Source: Eledone cirrhosa (taxonomy: Eukaryota). From it: DNA of 64,000 nt. A program made the position numbers and the translations under genes. Location: NCBI GenBank assembly GCA_964016885.1, contig OZ024742.1, positions 361,956,001-362,020,000 on the forward strand, given 5' to 3'. The notes beneath the pieces were generated by a model. That model had not been told where the DNA came from and did not search any database. It worked only from the letters and a program-made list of their open reading frames with translations. Shown piece by piece: positions 1 to 11,200 of this stretch; positions within the stretch are counted from its first letter, which is position 1; each line of letters opens with the position of its first letter.

Positions 1-595
1 TGAATCCTTCCTCATTCCTTGTGCCAACTCCATGGCCTCCATGTACTCTATTGAAGCCGTCGCAGTGTTTACCTACGTGTCCGTTAAAATCTCCTGCAAT
101 GATTAGGAAGTCCTTGTCGTCTGTTAGAGCAGTAGTGTGTATTAGGGACTCGTAAAACCTATCCTTAAGTTCGTCTGGCAGCCCCGATTGGGGTGCGTAA
201 GCTGATATTATTGTGGTAATTGTCTTATTCAGGACTAGTCTGAGTTTAATGATTCTTGCATTTACCCTGTACACTGAGATTACTTTATCTACCCACTTGT
301 CAGCTAATAGTATACCTACACCACCCATCCCATCGTCATTTCCCACCCAGAAAAATTTGTAGCACTGGCTTTTTCCTACAAGGACTCTAGCAGACCCTCC
401 TCTCCATCTAGTCTCTTGCACACAGCATACATCAACTTCCTTTCGCTCTAGCATTTCTACGATTTCTCCTGCTCTTCCTTTCATTGAGCCTACATTGATG
501 GTACCAACTCGGAGTTTTGGGCATTTGTCGACACTCGTAGGGGAGGGTCTCTGGGTTGGCGCTTCACGTGGGTGCTTGGTAGCTCGCAGATTCAT
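1..595 (-). CDS. Partial LINE ORF (N-terminal APE endonuclease part), truncated by the window edge
   Basis: Same sequence as 7495-8089 of the 1039-aa ORF; ATG at 593-595 on the minus strand. Confidence 0.9.
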   Translation of the reverse strand, partial: MNLRATKHPREAPTQRPSPTSVDKCPKLRVGTINVGSMKGRAGEIVEMLERKEVDVCCVQETRWRGGSARVLVGKSQCYKFFWVGNDDGMGGVGILLADKWVDKVISVYRVNARIIKLRLVLNKTITTIISAYAPQSGLPDELKDRFYESLIHTTALTDDKDFLIIAGDFNGHVGKHCDGFNRVHGGHGVGTRNEEGF

Positions 596-786
596 ATTTC
601 ATCTATTGATTCAGAGTTGCTCGTGTATTCCCAGCTCATCCATCCATAACGGTGGGAAAATTGAGGGCTAGAAGGACAGTGGTGGTGGGGTAATGGCAGG
701 GTGTGTTGGGATGCGCCAGAGGAGGAGAGAGTTAGTTAGGCAGGTAGTAGCAGCAGCAGTGGAAATGGCATGCTAGGTTTGATTGG
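1..786 (-). mobile_element. 5' part of an RTE-clade LINE (copy 1, runs off the window edge)
   Basis: Identical by eye to 7495-8280 (offset 7494). Contains the 5' UTR and the start of the APE endonuclease ORF. Confidence 0.95.
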
Positions 787-3700
787 TATATATCTATATT
801 TAGACATCTCCCCCACTGTAACTCTGCTTAATATAATGTATATATCAATATTTAGACATCTCCACACTCTAACTCTGCCAAATATAAGGTATATATCAAT
901 ATTTAGACAACTCCCCCACTAAGGCGGTGAATTGGCAGTATTGGTAGAGGCTAGGATATGCTTTCCAGCATAGTTACGTCCCTTTAGAATCTGAGTTCAA
1001 TTCCCGCCGAGGTTTACTTTGCCTTTTATCCTTACGGGGTCGATAAAATAAAGTACCAGTAATGTACTGGGATAATTGCTGGCCTTGTGCCAAAAGTAGA
1101 AACAATATTTAGACATCTCCCCCACTGTAGCTCTGCCAAATATAATGTATATATCAATATTTAGACAACTCCCCAATTGTAGCACTGCCTAATATTATGT
1201 ATATATCAATATTTAGACATCTCCCCCACTATAGCTCTGTCTAATACAATGTATATATCAAAATTTAGACATCTCCCACTGTAACTCTGCCTAATCTAAT
1301 GTATATATCAATATTTAGACATCTCCCCAATTGTAGCTCTGCCTAATATAATGTATATATCAGTATTTAGACATCTGCCCCACTGTAGCTCTGCCTAATC
1401 TAATATATATATATCTATATTTAGACTTTTCCCCCACTGTAACTCTGTCTAATCTAATGTATATATTAATATTCAGACATCTCCCCACTGTAACTCTGTC
1501 TAATACAATGTATATATCAATATTTAGACATCACCCCCACCGTAGCTCTGTCTAATATAATGTATATATCAATATTAAGACAACTCCCAAATCGTAGCAC
1601 TGCCTAATATAATATATATATCTATATTTAGACATCTCCCCCACTGTAGCTCTGCCTAATCTAACGTATATATATCGATATTTAGACATCTCCCCCACAG
1701 TAGCTCTGCCTAATATAATGTATATATCAATATTTAGACATCTCCCCCACTATAGCTCTGTCTAAGCTAATGTATATATATCTATATTTAGACATCTCCC
1801 CCACTGTAGCTCTGCCTAATCTAATGTATATATCAATATTTAGACATCTCCCCCACTATAGCTCTGCCTAATGTAATGTATATATCTATGTTTAGACATC
1901 TCCCACTGTAACTCTGCCTAATCTAATGTATATATCAATATTTAGACATCTCGCCCAGAGTAGCTCGGTCTAATCTAATGTATATATCAATATTCAGACA
2001 TCTCCCCACTGTAACTCTGCCAACTATGATGTATATATCAATATTTAGACATCTCTCCCACTGTAACTCTGTCTAATACAACGTATATATCAATATTTAG
2101 ACATCTCCCCAACCGTAGCTCTGCCTAATCTAATGTATATATCAATATTTAGACATCATCCCACTGTAACTCCGCCTAATCTAATGTATATATCATTATT
2201 TAGTCATCTTCCCCACTGTAGCTCTGCCTAATCTAATGTATATATCAATATTTAGACATCTCCCCCACTGTAGCTCTGCCTAATCTAATGTATATATCAA
2301 TATTTAGACATCATCCCACTGTAACTCCGCCTAATCTAATGTATATATCATTATTTAGTCATCACCCCCACTGTAGCTCTGCCTAATCTAATGTATATAT
2401 CAATATTCAGACATCTCCCCACTGTAGCTCTGCCTAATCTAATGTATATATCAATATTTAGACATCTCCCCCACTGTAGCTCTGCCTAATCTAATGTATA
2501 TATCAATATTTAGACATCTCCCCAGTGTAGCTCTGACTAATCTAATGTATATATCAATATTTAGACATCTCCCCCACTGTAACTCTGCCTAATCTAATGT
2601 ATATATCTATATTTAGACATCTCCCCCACTATAGCTCTGTCTAATACAATGTATATATCAATATTTAGACTTCTCCCCCACTGTAGCTCTGCCTAATCTA
2701 ATGTATATATCAATATTTAGACATCTCCCCACTGTAGCTCTGACTAATCTAATGTATATATCAATATTTAGACATCTCCCCCACTGTAGCTCTGCCTAAT
2801 CTAATGTATATATCAATATTTAGACATCTCCCCGGTGTAGCTCTGACTAATCTAATGTATATATCAATAGTTAGACATCTCCCCCACTGTAGCTCTGCCT
2901 AATCTAATGTATATATCAATATTTAGACATCTCCCCCACTATAGCTCTGTGTAATCTAATGTATATATATCTATATTTAGACATCTCCCCCACTGTAGCT
3001 CTGCCTAATCTGATGTATATATATCTATATTTAGACATCTCCTCCACAGTAGCTCTGCCTAATATAATGTATATACCAGTATTTAGACATCTCCCCAACT
3101 GTAGCTCTGTCTAATCTAATGTATATATATCTATATTTAGACATCTCCCCACTGTAGATCTGCCTAATATAATGTATATATCAATATTTAGACATCTCCC
3201 CCACTGTAACTCTGTCTAATATAATGTATATATCAATATTTAGACATCTCATCCACTGTAGCTCTGTCTAATCTAATGTATATATCAATATTTAGAAATC
3301 TCCCCCACTGTAGCTCTGCCTAATCTAATGTATATAATCAATATTTAGACATCTCCCCCACTGTAGCTCTGCCTAATATAATGTATATATATCAATATTC
3401 AGACATCTCCCCACTGTAACTCTGCCTAATATAATGTATATATCAATATTTAGACATCTCCCCACTGTACCTCTGTCTAATATAATCTATATATCAATAT
3501 TTAGACATCTCCCCACTCTACCTCTGTCTAATATAATGTATATATCTATATTTAGACATGTCCCACTGCAGCTCTGTCTAATCTAATGTATATATCTATA
3601 TTTAGACATCTCCCCACTGTAGCTCTGCCAAATATAATGTATATATCAATATTTAGACATCTCCCCACTGTAGCTCTGCCAAATATAATGTATATATCTA

Positions 3701-4672
3701 TATTTAGACATCTCCCCACTGTAACTCGGCCTAATCTAATGTATATATCAATATTTAGACATCTACCCCACTGTAGCTCTGCCAAATATAATATATATAT
3801 CTATATTTAGACATCTCCCCAATTGTGGCTCTGCCTAATATAATGTATATATCAATATCTAGACATCTCCCCCACTGTAGCTCTGCTTAATCTAATGTAT
3901 ATATCAATATTTAGACATCTCCCCAATTGTAGCTCTGTCTAATCTAATGTATATATCAATATTTAGACATCTCCCCCACTGTAACTCTGCCTAATCTAAT
4001 GTATATATCAATAATTAGACATCTCCCCACTGAAGCTCTGCCAAATATAATGTATATATCAATATTTAGACATCTCACCCACAGTAGCTCTGCCTAATAT
4101 AATGTATATAGCAATATATAGACATCTCCCCCACAAGTAGCTCTGCCTAATCTAATGTATATATATATATCTAGACATCTCCCCCACTATAGCTCTGTCT
4201 AATCTAATGTATATATCAATATTTAGACCTCTCCCCCACTGTAGCTCTTCCAAACATAATGTATATATCAATATTTAGACATCTCCCCACTGTAACTCTG
4301 CCTAATATAATGTATATATCAATATTTATACATCTCCCCACTGTACCTCTGTCTAATCTAATGTATATATCAATATTTAGATATCTCCCCCACTATAGCT
4401 CTGTCTAATACAATGTATATATCAATATTTAGACATCTCCCCCACCGTAGCTCTGCCTAATGTAATGTATATATCTATATTTAGACATCTCCCCCACAGT
4501 AGGTCTGCCTAATATAATGTTCATATATATTTAGACATCTCCCCACTGTAACTCGGCCTAATATAAGGTATATATCAATATTTAGACATCTCCCCACTGT
4601 AGCTCTGTCTAATCTAATGTATTTATCAATATTTAGATATCACCCCCACCGTAGCTCTGTCTAATATAATGT
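787..4672. repeat. ~52-bp satellite array, block 1 (interrupted by a SINE at 921-1102)
   Basis: Head-to-tail monomers atttagacatct(c)4-5actgtagctctg(c/t)ctaat(c/a)taatgtatatatcaat. The 51-bp variants give the 17-aa repeats seen in the ORF track. Confidence 0.98.
921..1102 (+). mobile_element. tRNA-derived SINE, near full length
   Basis: A-box-like tggcagtattggtag, B-box gagttcaattccc, central domain gccttttatccttacggggtcgataaaataaagtaccag, 3' end gtagaaaca. Flanked by caatatttagaca(a/t)ctcccccact (897-920 and 1103-1126), which is TSD-like. Homologous copies occur elsewhere in the window. Confidence 0.9.
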
Positions 4673-7600
4673 ATCATCATCATCATCATCATCACCGTTT
4701 TACGTCCGTTCTTCCACGCTAGCATGGGTTAGACGGGTTGTCCTGTTGTGGGCAGTGTCTGGTCGGCTGACCATGCCTTGCTCATACAGGAACTGATCTG
4801 GCTTGATTTCTACAGCTGGATGCCCTTCCTAACACCAACCTCATTTACAGTGAGTGCTGGGTGCTTTTTCGTGGCGCCTACACGTCCACTTTACAGTGTG
4901 GGCTGGGTGCTTTTTTGCCGTGGCACCTCCACGACCACCTTGCGGTGGGGGGCATATTGTTTATATGCTTCAGCATGTACCCATGGGAGGTCGGGTACCC
5001 TGTATTACTGCGTGACGCCAGAAGTCACGGTCGTGTGTCATTGACTTTGAGAGGTGTAGTTGGGTAAGGTCGGCTTTTATCACCTCATCCCAAGTCATCT
5101 TGGGTCTCCCCACTCCGCGGTTTCCATCAACTTCTAGTGCTCTGCACCTTTTTATGCAGCTGTCATCCTTCATACGCATCACATGTCCATACCAGCGTAA
5201 CCGCCTCTCCTGCACGCAGCATTTGATTCCTCTTATGCTCAGTCTCTCTCTCAATTCATTTATGCTTTGTCGTTCACGTATATTACTGTTACACATCCAT
5301 CGGAGCATGCAGGCTTCGTTTCTCTCTAATCTACGTAAGTCTTCCACCTTCAGCGCCCAGGTCTCACTACCATGCAACATCGCTGTTCGGATACACGCAT
5401 CATACAGTCTGCCTTTCATTCTGAGGGAGAAGCCTTTTGCAGCTAGCAGTGGTAGTAGTTCCCTAAACTTCTTCCATCCCGTTCTTACCCTAGTTATTGT
5501 ACTTTCTGAGCACCCACCTCCGTTGCTAATTCGGTCACCTAGGTAGCAGAAGCTGTCTACTGTTTCTACAGGGCCCTCCCAGAGATTGGTGGTACTTGTT
5601 TCCTGTGGCTGTTTGCTTGCTGTTTCAGCACAGCTGCTGCATGTGAATCCTACATTCTTAATTAAGCTTCCTGAGATCCCGCTACATCTCTTGTGTACCC
5701 ATTGTTTGCATTTGGGGCAAAGAATGGAGTTCCTACCTACACCTTTCCTACATACTGAGCAAGGCCATTTCCCTGAGGGGATCTGGGTTCTGTTTTCTCG
5801 TCTACTTATAAGGACCTTAGTCTTTGTCATGTTGACTTTGAGGCCCTTTCTCTCTAGTCCCTGCTTCCAGGTTTGGAATTTATTCTCTAGTTCTACCATA
5901 GATTCAGCTATGAGTGCGAGGTCATCAGCATACAGGAGTTCCCATGGGCATCCGGTCTTAAACTCCTCCGTTATTGCCTGCAGGACTATGATGAACAGGA
6001 GAGGGCTAAGAACAGAGCCCTGGTGGACCCCAACCTGTACGCTAAATTCCTCGCTATACTCATTGCCAATCCTAACTTTGCTGACTGCTCCCCTATACAT
6101 GGCTTGTACCGCTTTCACAAGCCATTCATCTACTCCTAGTTTTCTAAGAGCCCACCAGATTACTGCACGTGGAACTCTGTCAAAGGCTTTCTCAAGGTCG
6201 ACAAATGCCAAGTAGAGTGGCTTACTTTTAGCTAGGTACTTTTCCTGTAATTGCCTCACAAGGAAGAGCGCATCAGTGGTGCCTTTCCCTGGTACAAACC
6301 CAAATTGCATCTCGTCTATATTCACCCGGTCCCTAATCAGCTGTGCTATAACTCTTTCTGTTACTTTCATGACCTGGTCCATCAACTTTATACCTCTATA
6401 GTTTCCTCTATCTAGTGCATCACCTTTACCTTTGTAGCAGTTGACAATGATGCTACTGCACCAATCTTTTGGTATGGCCCCCTCTAGTATTACCTGGTTA
6501 ACGATACGTGTGGTTATAGTGTGACCTACAGACCCAGATGCCTTCAGCATCTCGGCAGCTATACCCGATGGCCCGGTTGCCTTCCCTATCTTCATATCTC
6601 TGATTGCCTTACTTACTACGCTGCCGCTGACTTGTACTGCTGGTCCCTCTATAGGGGCTACGTGGGGTAGGGTCTCTTCTTCCCATGCATTCTCCTCATT
6701 TAGTAATCTATCATAATGACTCTTCCATGCATCTTTCTTCTCAGCACTTGTGAGGGCAAGCTCACCTTTATCATTCCGGATACACTTCTCTCCAATGACA
6801 TCACAACTATCTCTGACACACTGCCTCGCAATCTTGAATACCTCCTGTTTCTGGTCCTCACGTTGTAAAACATGCTTGAATTTTCTATCCTCTGCTTCCC
6901 TCCTAGCTAAGTATACTTGTCGCCTAGCTTCCCTCTTGGTCTCTATGTAATGTACCCTGCTCCCCCCGTTCTTCCATTCTTTCCATGCCTGTCTCTTGGC
7001 CTTGACTGCTTCATCTACCTTATTGTTCCACCACCAAGTCACTCTCCTCCTGCTTGAGGTCTTACTCCAGCCACAAACCTCATCCGTCGCCTCTAGTAAG
7101 TTATTTTTTAGGAACTCCCAGTTCTCTTCTACGTTAAATGTCTCTATCTGTTCTTCTTTACTGTCGTAGGCGTTGAGTAAAATATCTTTAAATCTGTTAC
7201 TGGTTGAGGGGACTTTCAGCTTCCAGATCTTTCTTCTCCAGGTTGGCCTCTGTTTCAGGGCTCGTCTAGTTCTGACCGTGAGGTCGCTGACAACTAAGCT
7301 ATGTTGGGATGTACATTCCTCACTAGGGAAGGCTTTTGTGTTTACGACCGTCCATCTGTCACGTCCTCTGATGAGGATAAAATCTAACTGACTAGAGTGC
7401 TCCCCTGATCTATAGGTGATCAGGTGGTTGTCGGGTTTTTTAAAGTTTGTGTTACATATCGACATGTCATTGGCGTCGCAGAATTCTAGAAGTCTGAATC
7501 CTTCCTCATTCCTTGTGCCAACTCCATGGCCTCCATGTACTCTATTGAAGCCGTCGCAGTGTTTACCTACGTGTCCGTTAAAATCTCCTGCAATGATTAG

Positions 7601-8280
7601 GAAGTCCTTGTCGTCTGTTAGAGCAGTAGTGTGTATTAGGGACTCGTAAAACCTATCCTTAAGTTCGTCTGGCAGCCCCGATTGGGGTGCGTAAGCTGAT
7701 ATTATTGTGGTAATTGTCTTATTCAGGACTAGTCTGAGTTTAATGATTCTTGCATTTACCCTGTACACTGAGATTACTTTATCTACCCACTTGTCAGCTA
7801 ATAGTATACCTACACCACCCATCCCATCGTCATTTCCCACCCAGAAAAATTTGTAGCACTGGCTTTTTCCTACAAGGACTCTAGCAGACCCTCCTCTCCA
7901 TCTAGTCTCTTGCACACAGCATACATCAACTTCCTTTCGCTCTAGCATTTCTACGATTTCTCCTGCTCTTCCTTTCATTGAGCCTACATTGATGGTACCA
8001 ACTCGGAGTTTTGGGCATTTGTCGACACTCGTAGGGGAGGGTCTCTGGGTTGGCGCTTCACGTGGGTGCTTGGTAGCTCGCAGATTCATATTTCATCTAT
8101 TGATTCAGAGTTGCTCGTGTATTCCCAGCTCATCCATCCATAACGGTGGGAAAATTGAGGGCTAGAAGGACAGTGGTGGTGGGGTAATGGCAGGGTGTGT
8201 TGGGATGCGCCAGAGGAGGAGAGAGTTAGTTAGGCAGGTAGTAGCAGCAGCAGTGGAAATGGCATGCTAGGTTTGATTGG
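4673..8280 (-). mobile_element. Apparently full-length RTE-clade non-LTR retrotransposon (copy 2)
   Basis: Single long ORF, ~190-bp 5' UTR, ~300-bp 3' UTR with a terminal stem-loop (about 4706-4736), and a (GAT)7 microsatellite tail at 4673-4693. Inserted in the satellite at gtat|atat. Confidence 0.95.
4970..8089 (-). CDS. RTE-type endonuclease/reverse transcriptase (1039 aa) with an internal PHD-type zinc finger
   Basis: APE motifs GTINVGS, VQETRW, AYAPQ, GDFNGH, LDFIL. RT motifs NYRGI, QFGF, FVDLEKAFD, GVHQGSVLSP, YADD (5921-5932), FCYLG and C-terminal RLRWYGHV. C4HC3 motif at 5630-5761. No stops or frameshifts. Confidence 0.97.
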   Translation of the reverse strand: MNLRATKHPREAPTQRPSPTSVDKCPKLRVGTINVGSMKGRAGEIVEMLERKEVDVCCVQETRWRGGSARVLVGKSQCYKFFWVGNDDGMGGVGILLADKWVDKVISVYRVNARIIKLRLVLNKTITTIISAYAPQSGLPDELKDRFYESLIHTTALTDDKDFLIIAGDFNGHVGKHCDGFNRVHGGHGVGTRNEEGFRLLEFCDANDMSICNTNFKKPDNHLITYRSGEHSSQLDFILIRGRDRWTVVNTKAFPSEECTSQHSLVVSDLTVRTRRALKQRPTWRRKIWKLKVPSTSNRFKDILLNAYDSKEEQIETFNVEENWEFLKNNLLEATDEVCGWSKTSSRRRVTWWWNNKVDEAVKAKRQAWKEWKNGGSRVHYIETKREARRQVYLARREAEDRKFKHVLQREDQKQEVFKIARQCVRDSCDVIGEKCIRNDKGELALTSAEKKDAWKSHYDRLLNEENAWEEETLPHVAPIEGPAVQVSGSVVSKAIRDMKIGKATGPSGIAAEMLKASGSVGHTITTRIVNQVILEGAIPKDWCSSIIVNCYKGKGDALDRGNYRGIKLMDQVMKVTERVIAQLIRDRVNIDEMQFGFVPGKGTTDALFLVRQLQEKYLAKSKPLYLAFVDLEKAFDRVPRAVIWWALRKLGVDEWLVKAVQAMYRGAVSKVRIGNEYSEEFSVQVGVHQGSVLSPLLFIIVLQAITEEFKTGCPWELLYADDLALIAESMVELENKFQTWKQGLERKGLKVNMTKTKVLISRRENRTQIPSGKWPCSVCRKGVGRNSILCPKCKQWVHKRCSGISGSLIKNVGFTCSSCAETASKQPQETSTTNLWEGPVETVDSFCYLGDRISNGGGCSESTITRVRTGWKKFRELLPLLAAKGFSLRMKGRLYDACIRTAMLHGSETWALKVEDLRRLERNEACMLRWMCNSNIRERQSINELRERLSIRGIKCCVQERRLRWYGHVMRMKDDSCIKRCRALEVDGNRGVGRPKMTWDEVIKADLTQLHLSKSMTHDRDFWRHAVIQGTRPPMGTC

Positions 8281-11200
8281 TATATATCTATATTTAGACA
8301 TCTCCCCCACTGTAACTCTGCTTAATATAATGTATATATCAATATTTAGACATCTCCACACTCTAACTCTGCCAAATATAAGGTATATATCAATATTTAG
8401 ACAACTCCCCCACTAAGGCGGTGAATTGGCAGTATTGGTAGAGGCTAGGATATGCTTTCCAGCATAGTTACGTCCCTTTAGAATCTGAGTTCAATTCCCG
8501 CCGAGGTTTACTTTGCCTTTTATCCTTACGGGGTCGATAAAATAAAGTACCAGTAATGTACTGGGATAATTGCTGGCCTTGTGCCAAAAGTAGAAACAAT
8601 ATTTAGACATCTCCCCCACTGTAGCTCTGCCAAATATAATGTATATATCAATATTTAGACAACTCCCCAATTGTAGCACTGCCTAATATTATGTATATAT
8701 CAATATTTAGACATCTCCCCCACTATAGCTCTGTCTAATACAATGTATATATCAAAATTTAGACATCTCCCACTGTAACTCTGCCTAATCTAATGTATAT
8801 ATCAATATTTAGACATCTCCCCAATTGTAGCTCTGCCTAATATAATGTATATATCAGTATTTAGACATCTGCCCCACTGTAGCTCTGCCTAATCTAATAT
8901 ATATATATCTATATTTAGACTTTTCCCCCACTGTAACTCTGTCTAATCTAATGTATATATTAATATTCAGACATCTCCCCACTGTAACTCTGTCTAATAC
9001 AATGTATATATCAATATTTAGACATCACCCCCACCGTAGCTCTGTCTAATATAATGTATATATCAATATTAAGACAACTCCCAAATCGTAGCACTGCCTA
9101 ATATAATATATATATCTATATTTAGACATCTCCCCCACTGTAGCTCTGCCTAATCTAACGTATATATATCGATATTTAGACATCTCCCCCACAGTAGCTC
9201 TGCCTAATATAATGTATATATCAATATTTAGACATCTCCCCCACTATAGCTCTGTCTAAGCTAATGTATATATATCTATATTTAGACATCTCCCCCACTG
9301 TAGCTCTGCCTAATCTAATGTATATATCAATATTTAGACATCTCCCCCACTATAGCTCTGCCTAATGTAATGTATATATCTATGTTTAGACATCTCCCAC
9401 TGTAACTCTGCCTAATCTAATGTATATATCAATATTTAGACATCTCGCCCAGAGTAGCTCGGTCTAATCTAATGTATATATCAATATTCAGACATCTCCC
9501 CACTGTAACTCTGCCAACTATGATGTATATATCAATATTTAGACATCTCTCCCACTGTAACTCTGTCTAATACAACGTATATATCAATATTTAGACATCT
9601 CCCCAACCGTAGCTCTGCCTAATCTAATGTATATATCAATATTTAGACATCATCCCACTGTAACTCCGCCTAATCTAATGTATATATCATTATTTAGTCA
9701 TCTTCCCCACTGTAGCTCTGCCTAATCTAATGTATATATCAATATTTAGACATCTCCCCCACTGTAGCTCTGCCTAATCTAATGTATATATCAATATTTA
9801 GACATCATCCCACTGTAACTCCGCCTAATCTAATGTATATATCATTATTTAGTCATCACCCCCACTGTAGCTCTGCCTAATCTAATGTATATATCAATAT
9901 TCAGACATCTCCCCACTGTAGCTCTGCCTAATCTAATGTATATATCAATATTTAGACATCTCCCCCACTGTAGCTCTGCCTAATCTAATGTATATATCAA
10001 TATTTAGACATCTCCCCAGTGTAGCTCTGACTAATCTAATGTATATATCAATATTTAGACATCTCCCCCACTGTAACTCTGCCTAATCTAATGTATATAT
10101 CTATATTTAGACATCTCCCCCACTATAGCTCTGTCTAATACAATGTATATATCAATATTTAGACTTCTCCCCCACTGTAGCTCTGCCTAATCTAATGTAT
10201 ATATCAATATTTAGACATCTCCCCACTGTAGCTCTGACTAATCTAATGTATATATCAATATTTAGACATCTCCCCCACTGTAGCTCTGCCTAATCTAATG
10301 TATATATCAATATTTAGACATCTCCCCGGTGTAGCTCTGACTAATCTAATGTATATATCAATAGTTAGACATCTCCCCCACTGTAGCTCTGCCTAATCTA
10401 ATGTATATATCAATATTTAGACATCTCCCCCACTATAGCTCTGTGTAATCTAATGTATATATATCTATATTTAGACATCTCCCCCACTGTAGCTCTGCCT
10501 AATCTGATGTATATATATCTATATTTAGACATCTCCTCCACAGTAGCTCTGCCTAATATAATGTATATACCAGTATTTAGACATCTCCCCAACTGTAGCT
10601 CTGTCTAATCTAATGTATATATATCTATATTTAGACATCTCCCCACTGTAGATCTGCCTAATATAATGTATATATCAATATTTAGACATCTCCCCCACTG
10701 TAACTCTGTCTAATATAATGTATATATCAATATTTAGACATCTCATCCACTGTAGCTCTGTCTAATCTAATGTATATATCAATATTTAGAAATCTCCCCC
10801 ACTGTAGCTCTGCCTAATCTAATGTATATAATCAATATTTAGACATCTCCCCCACTGTAGCTCTGCCTAATCTAATGTATATATCAATATTTAGACATCT
10901 TATCCACTGTAGCTCTGTCTAATCTAATGTATATATCAATATTTAGAAATCTCCCCCACAGTAGCTCTGTCTAATATAATGTATATATCAATATTTGGAC
11001 ATCTCCCCCACTGTAACTCTGCCTAATATAATGTATATATCAATATTTAGACATCTCCCCCACTGTAACTCTGCCTAATGTAATGTATATATCTATATTT
11101 AGACATCTCCCCCACAGTAGCTCTGCCTAATATAATGTATATATCAATATTCAGACATCTCCCCCACAGTAACTCTGCCTAATGTAATGGATATATCTAT

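Noticed and set aside
921-1102. tRNA genes at the SINE heads
   Set aside because: A and B boxes are present but there is no cloverleaf, and they are followed by a SINE body, tail and TSD.
4748-7649. Plus-strand ORFs overlapping the LINE
   Set aside because: Antisense shadows of the RT ORF and 3' UTR with no recognisable motifs.
8090-8280. HDV-like ribozyme in the RTE 5' UTR
   Set aside because: I could only find a short ttccca/tgggaa stem and could not build the nested double pseudoknot by eye; a covariance-model search would settle it.
8270-8281. 12-mer accaatcaaacc shared between the LINE 5' terminus (minus strand) and the hairpin at 48344-48355
   Set aside because: A 12-bp match is expected by chance among several kb of non-satellite sequence, and it does not extend.
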